Source: Marinicellulosiphila megalodicopiae (lineage in GTDB: Bacteria; Pseudomonadota; Gammaproteobacteria; Pseudomonadales; Natronospirillaceae). From it: a stretch of DNA of 32,000 bases. This document shows, piece after piece, positions 27,742 to 32,000 of this stretch. The position numbers and the translations under genes are program-made. Every line of letters begins with the position of its first letter. The stretch's first letter is position 1. The stretch spans positions 4,282,450 through 4,314,449 of the forward strand of contig NZ_AP023087.1 of assembly GCF_045862395.1 (NCBI RefSeq), written 5' to 3'. A model generated the notes under the pieces. It was not told where the DNA came from, ran no database searches, and saw only the letters and a program-made list of their open reading frames with translations.

Positions 27742-27837
27742 TTGGATCTGACCCTAGGTTATTTCTAGGTTATTTTTTTGCTGGAAGTGTCAGGGGCGAT
27801 CAAAAATGGATCCGCCCCCTGGATTAAAATCTTTGGG

Positions 27838-28827
27838 TTAGATTTCTGAAATGTTGATTTCGCGAACGTCGTTCATTACTGCTTGGTTGGCTTCATCACG
27901 AAACATTAATGCTTCTTTTGCTCCGGTTTTTGAAATCACTGATTCGCAATTGATCATGCCTAAGCGTAAAGAATATAACGTGTCTTTACCCTGTGCTAAC
28001 CCTGCTACAAAACCAGATGCTAATGAATCGCCTGCGCCTGTAGTCTCTACTACTTGTACGTTATTTGATGGACGTGCGTGGTATAGTTTTTCACGATCCC
28101 ATACGTATGAGCCGTCTTTTCCGTTTGTGATCACTAAATATTTAGGTGGTAGATGACGCATCATGTCCATTAATTCAGGTACGGATTTTACGGCACCGGA
28201 ATTTAAGCCAAGAAACTCGCAAGCTTCTTCTTTGTTCATGATTAATACTTCTAGATTATCAATTAATGGCTTTAATTTTTCATAGCCTTGCACGGCTTGG
28301 TATGACGATGGGTTGAAGGCAAATTTTGCTTCGGTCATCTGTGCAATTTTAACGATGGTTTCAAATGACTCGTGCATCATTGACGATGAGTAAATCCACT
28401 TAGTGTCTAATTCACCCACTTCGTCGATGTGTAATGTGTCGTTCACACCTTTATAAGTCAAAATGGTACGGTCGCCGCTCATTGAGTCCATTACAAAAGA
28501 AAAACCCGAGGTTAAGCCTTTTGCACGCGGGCCTAAGAATTGGACTTTTTCTTCTTTAAGCATATCAACAATGAATTCGCCGTTTGAATCGTCGCCGATT
28601 TTACCTAAAAAACCTGTATTTAAACCTAAACGCGCAAAGGATACGGCTGTGTTGGTTCCGCCGCCGCCTGTGGTTTGGTTCATTTTGTTAATTAGGACTT
28701 TTGAGCCTAACGGGAATGCGATGAATTCTTCTTTATGGTGACGCGTATCAATACGCACTAAATCCGAATCGGTTGAAACAAACGTGTCCACTAGCGCACT
28801 GCCAATGGTGATGACATCAAAACTCAT
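27838..28827 (-). CDS. PfkB-family carbohydrate kinase (329 aa)
   Basis: GGGGTNTAVSFARLGLNTGFLGKIGDD and VVETTGAGDSLASGFVAGL. Confidence 0.95.
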   Translation of the reverse strand: MSFDVITIGSALVDTFVSTDSDLVRIDTRHHKEEFIAFPLGSKVLINKMNQTTGGGGTNTAVSFARLGLNTGFLGKIGDDSNGEFIVDMLKEEKVQFLGPRAKGLTSGFSFVMDSMSGDRTILTYKGVNDTLHIDEVGELDTKWIYSSSMMHESFETIVKIAQMTEAKFAFNPSSYQAVQGYEKLKPLIDNLEVLIMNKEEACEFLGLNSGAVKSVPELMDMMRHLPPKYLVITNGKDGSYVWDREKLYHARPSNNVQVVETTGAGDSLASGFVAGLAQGKDTLYSLRLGMINCESVISKTGAKEALMFRDEANQAVMNDVREINISEI

Positions 28828-28939
28828 AAGTAACCTTCTTATTATCGATCGCTGTTGCGATATGGCTATAAAATATGGAGGCTATTCTGCCTGATTTTGG
28901 GGCTTTATTGTAGTTCTATTTGAGCTAACTGAAAGTACA

Positions 28940-29482
28940 TTAAATTTGCTTTTTATTAATGAGATAACCACTTTGCACAATTTCATTAGAGAACACGTTT
29001 GAATATTGAATTTCGCATTTAATTGGTTGCTCTAATGATCCAAACAAAGAGATGCCACCCCCCAATAATACAGGAATAGTGGTGATGATTAATTCGTCGA
29101 TTAGGTTGGCTTGTAAAAATTGTTGAATGGTATTTCCGCCGTCTATGTAAGCGTTTTTAAATCCTAACGTTTTGATTTGCTGCATGATTTGTTGTGGGTT
29201 GCCTGACATTATTTGGATTTTGTCTTCACAACCATTTGGTATGGTTTTCATGGATTGACTTAATACTACGACGGGTTTTGTGTAAGGCCAGTCGCCGTCA
29301 AAACTCGCCACTAAATCAAAGGTGTTTTTGCCCATCACTATCACGTCGATTCGATCCATTAGATCGGCATACCCCATGTCACTGCCGTCTTTGTTTTGGA
29401 TGTCGTGTAACCAATCGACTTGGTTATTTTTATCGGCTATGTATCCGTCTAGGCTGGTGGCGATGTATACGATGTTTGTCAT
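28940..29482 (-). CDS. Dihydrofolate reductase / RibD C-terminal-like family protein (180 aa from the inner Met; ORF track extends to 29581)
   Basis: MTNIVYIATSLDGYIADKNNQVDWLHD, VIVMGKNTFDLV, FKNAYIDGGNTIQQFLQANLIDELIITTIPVLLGGGISLF. Confidence 0.9.
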   Translation of the reverse strand: MTNIVYIATSLDGYIADKNNQVDWLHDIQNKDGSDMGYADLMDRIDVIVMGKNTFDLVASFDGDWPYTKPVVVLSQSMKTIPNGCEDKIQIMSGNPQQIMQQIKTLGFKNAYIDGGNTIQQFLQANLIDELIITTIPVLLGGGISLFGSLEQPIKCEIQYSNVFSNEIVQSGYLINKKQI

Positions 29483-29571
29483 GGCATGCTCTATGGTTTT
29501 ATTTTGGAGGTGATTGTATGTGGGTTGGAATGGCACTGTCACGTGTTCATTATTTAAAATGCAGATACAAA

Positions 29572-29597
29572 AAAGGCCCACTTAAAAGTGAGCCTTT
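29572..29597 (-). terminator. Rho-independent terminator after the GH3 gene
   Basis: Reverse strand AAAGGCTCACTTTTAAGTGGGCCTTTTTTTG. Confidence 0.8.
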
Positions 29598-29613
29598 GAG
29601 AATAAAAAATCAA

Positions 29614-31554
29614 TTATTCGTAAGTTAAGCCATATCCAAAATCGTATAATGGACTGTAAGATGGATCGCCAAAATTAAACGCATCACCTATACTTTCAGG
29701 CCATGAAAATGACAATTTGCCTTTAAAGTCATAATTGATTTCATCGGCGTCATTTTTAAATAATACCTCTGCAATACCGTCACCTTCACTGCCTGGTAAC
29801 CATGCGGCTACAAATGCATCCGATTGTGCAATTTCGTCTGTGATGACTCTTGGTCGACCTGATACAAAAATACCGACAACTGGAATGCCTGCTTCTTTAA
29901 ATTGCTGTATTGCAAGTAGGTCTTTTTTGGTGGCTGCTTGATATTCTAATGTGACTCCATCTTGCTCATAGTCGGTAACGGCTTCAATGTCACGATCCCC
30001 GAAAAACTCTGCGTAAGGGGTTTCACCAAATACATACACCACGACATCGGGCTTGTTCATTTCATCAAACTCACCGACTTCACTAAATGTGATATTTTCT
30101 GCTGATACTGTATTTTGAATGCCTTCTAAAATACTGGTTGCACCGACGTAGGCATCGTTATCGAAACCTGTTCCCTGCCAAGACAAGGTCCAACCGCCGT
30201 GCTGATTTGCCATGTTGTCGGCACTTAACCCTGCTACTAATACTTTTTGATTTCTGCTTAGTGGTAATAAATGGTTGTCGTTTTTAAGTAACACTAATGA
30301 TTCACGAACGGCTTGACGGGCAACGTCTCTGCTTTCTTGTGAGCCTAATAATGTTGATTGACCCGCTAACGCTCGATCTGATGGTTGAACTTGATCAAAC
30401 AAACCCATGTTCTTTTTAACGGTTAAGATGCGCTTTACTGCGTCGTTGATTCGATCTTCGCTGATCTCGCCCGCCTTTACTTCTGCAATGGTATTGGTGA
30501 TAAAGTCTTTCCATGCCCAAGGCACCATAAACATATCAATGCCTGCATTCACTGCTTGTGGGCAGGATTCTCTTATACAGTTTTCTACTTCTGCATGTCC
30601 GTCCCAGTCACCAATGACAAACCCTTCAAAGCCCATATCACCGCGTAACACATCGGTTAATAGGTATTTATTGCCATGCATTTTTTCGCCCAGTGCACTT
30701 GAGTAAGACACCATGACTGTTTGTACGCCAGCATCAATGGCAACAGGGTAACCCGCGCCATGAATGGCAAGTAACTCTTCTAATGTGGATTTATTTTCAG
30801 CACGATCGTCGCCGTTTACTGTTCCGCCGTCGCCAATGAAATGTTTGGCTGTGGCAATAATATGATTTGAATTTAAAAACTCGTCAGAATCTGTGACATC
30901 ACCCTGTAAACCTCGAACGATGTCGTCAGCTAAATTAGCCACAATAGATGGATCTTCGGAATAACTTTCGTAGGTTCTGCCCCATTTATCATCACGTGTC
31001 ACTGCAAGTGTGGGTGCAAATGTCCAGTCTACGCCGGTTACACGTACTTCTTGTGCGGTGATTTCGCCTATTTTTTGCATGAGTTCTGGGTTGTTTGCCG
31101 CGCCTAAACCAATGTTATGAGGAAATACTGTCGCGCCAATGGCATTACTATGACCGTGCACCGCATCAGTTCCCCACATAATTGGAATCCCAATTCGGCC
31201 GTTGGCATCGGATATAGACTCGTTGAAGTATTGGTTTGCATAGTACAACCAATTACCTACGGTGAATTCCTCAACGACAAAAGGAATGCCTCCTCCATTT
31301 AAGACACTGCCTAGGTGGTATTTTTCAATGTCACCTTCTTCTATATAACGTATTTCAGCTTGTACCATTTGGCCGACTTTTTCTTCTAGTGTCATTAGCG
31401 AGACAATGTCATCGATTGTCGTTACGCTAATATCTACCATGCTGTTATCAACCAAGTCTTCAGTCATGGTTTCAGAATCATTATTTGAATCATCGGAACA
31501 CGCACTCATTGTGGTTACGACTGCTAAAGCAATCATCCCTTTAGTTAAGCTCAT
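29614..31554 (-). CDS. Glycoside hydrolase family 3 (beta-glucosidase-like) lipoprotein (646 aa)
   Basis: Lipobox-like VTTMSACS; KHFIGDGGT, GFVIGDWDGH (nucleophile region), RESLVLLKNDNHLLPL, WLPGSEGDGIAEVLF, PLYDFGYGLTY. Confidence 0.95.
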   Translation of the reverse strand: MSLTKGMIALAVVTTMSACSDDSNNDSETMTEDLVDNSMVDISVTTIDDIVSLMTLEEKVGQMVQAEIRYIEEGDIEKYHLGSVLNGGGIPFVVEEFTVGNWLYYANQYFNESISDANGRIGIPIMWGTDAVHGHSNAIGATVFPHNIGLGAANNPELMQKIGEITAQEVRVTGVDWTFAPTLAVTRDDKWGRTYESYSEDPSIVANLADDIVRGLQGDVTDSDEFLNSNHIIATAKHFIGDGGTVNGDDRAENKSTLEELLAIHGAGYPVAIDAGVQTVMVSYSSALGEKMHGNKYLLTDVLRGDMGFEGFVIGDWDGHAEVENCIRESCPQAVNAGIDMFMVPWAWKDFITNTIAEVKAGEISEDRINDAVKRILTVKKNMGLFDQVQPSDRALAGQSTLLGSQESRDVARQAVRESLVLLKNDNHLLPLSRNQKVLVAGLSADNMANQHGGWTLSWQGTGFDNDAYVGATSILEGIQNTVSAENITFSEVGEFDEMNKPDVVVYVFGETPYAEFFGDRDIEAVTDYEQDGVTLEYQAATKKDLLAIQQFKEAGIPVVGIFVSGRPRVITDEIAQSDAFVAAWLPGSEGDGIAEVLFKNDADEINYDFKGKLSFSWPESIGDAFNFGDPSYSPLYDFGYGLTYE

Positions 31555-31671
31555 TTTCTTTATCCTATTGAAAGTGGGTTTTATTTTTATGAAGCTGGCT
31601 TTGTGATACGTAATCCTTCATAAAGTTCTTGTTTATTACTGCCATAAAACTTTACCGCCTTTTATGTTTAC

Positions 31672-31983
31672 CTAAAGTTGATTGGCTTTACGTATCTTAC
31701 CTTGATAATGATAAATACGATGCTGAATTTCTATGCCGTATTTTGTTTTTTTACAAATGATGAAATCAGGTTTGGGAATGTCTGACTCATTAATTTGATC
31801 GATAAATTTTATATCATCCACTTTTGGCTGAATATGACTTGTGATGTTTTTATTAAATTCCGTTTTGGCTTTTGGGTATTTAAAGTCGTAACTGTCTTTA
31901 ATTTTTTGGCCGTCTTCATCAAAATAATTCAGCGTAACTTTCGTGCCTTCTTTTTCAAGTTGAACATCTTGTACTCTGTACAC
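31672..31983 (-). CDS. Hypothetical protein (103 aa)
   Basis: ORF track; hydrophilic, plausible codon use; no family recognised. Confidence 0.4.
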   Translation of the reverse strand: MYRVQDVQLEKEGTKVTLNYFDEDGQKIKDSYDFKYPKAKTEFNKNITSHIQPKVDDIKFIDQINESDIPKPDFIICKKTKYGIEIQHRIYHYQGKIRKANQL

Positions 31984-32000
31984 TAAATGGTCTTTTAAAT

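Noticed and set aside
29483-29581. N-terminal extension of the DHFR/RibD-like protein
   Set aside because: Residues before MTNIVYIATSLDGYIADK do not look like the family, which normally begins near this Met.
29194-29628. ORF 29194..29628 + (144 aa)
   Set aside because: Antisense to the RibD-like reductase gene; Cys/Trp/Arg-rich composition.

Overview
The window looks like AT-rich gammaproteobacterial DNA from a marine polysaccharide degrader (inference from gene content). From left to right it contains: (1) ~1-2.4 kb, at least three integron attC-like sites, all oriented toward the minus strand, separating four small cassettes; one carries a coiled-coil ORF plus an HNH endonuclease and no integrase is visible; (2) 2.4-3.75 kb, non-coding DNA with a ~90-bp tandem repeat and a 13-bp triplet repeat; (3) a SAM methyltransferase and a large PKD lipoprotein whose C-terminal GH16 domain appears naturally circularly permuted (Fibrobacter lichenase type); (4) a divergent SDR/LysR pair and an unknown membrane protein; (5) 11.0-19.7 kb, a minus-strand cluster with three RoxA-like diheme c-type proteins, an unusual cytochrome P450 and two small membrane-associated proteins; (6) 19.8-22.1 kb, decayed DNA with a Fic-family remnant, a TPR-like gene split at an A7 run, and an IS4-type transposase remnant; (7) 22.2-25.1 kb, three overlapping genes matching an ABC-three-component (ABC-3C) conflict system: SMEK-type effector, small middle component, DUF2326 RecN/SMC-like ATPase; (8) ilvD, a small membrane protein, a PfkB-family kinase, a DHFR/RibD-like reductase and a GH3 beta-glucosidase lipoprotein. 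The best candidates for follow-up are the diheme/P450 cluster, the ABC-3C system, the circularly permuted GH16 and the attC cassette group. All family assignments come from reading motifs; no searches were run.
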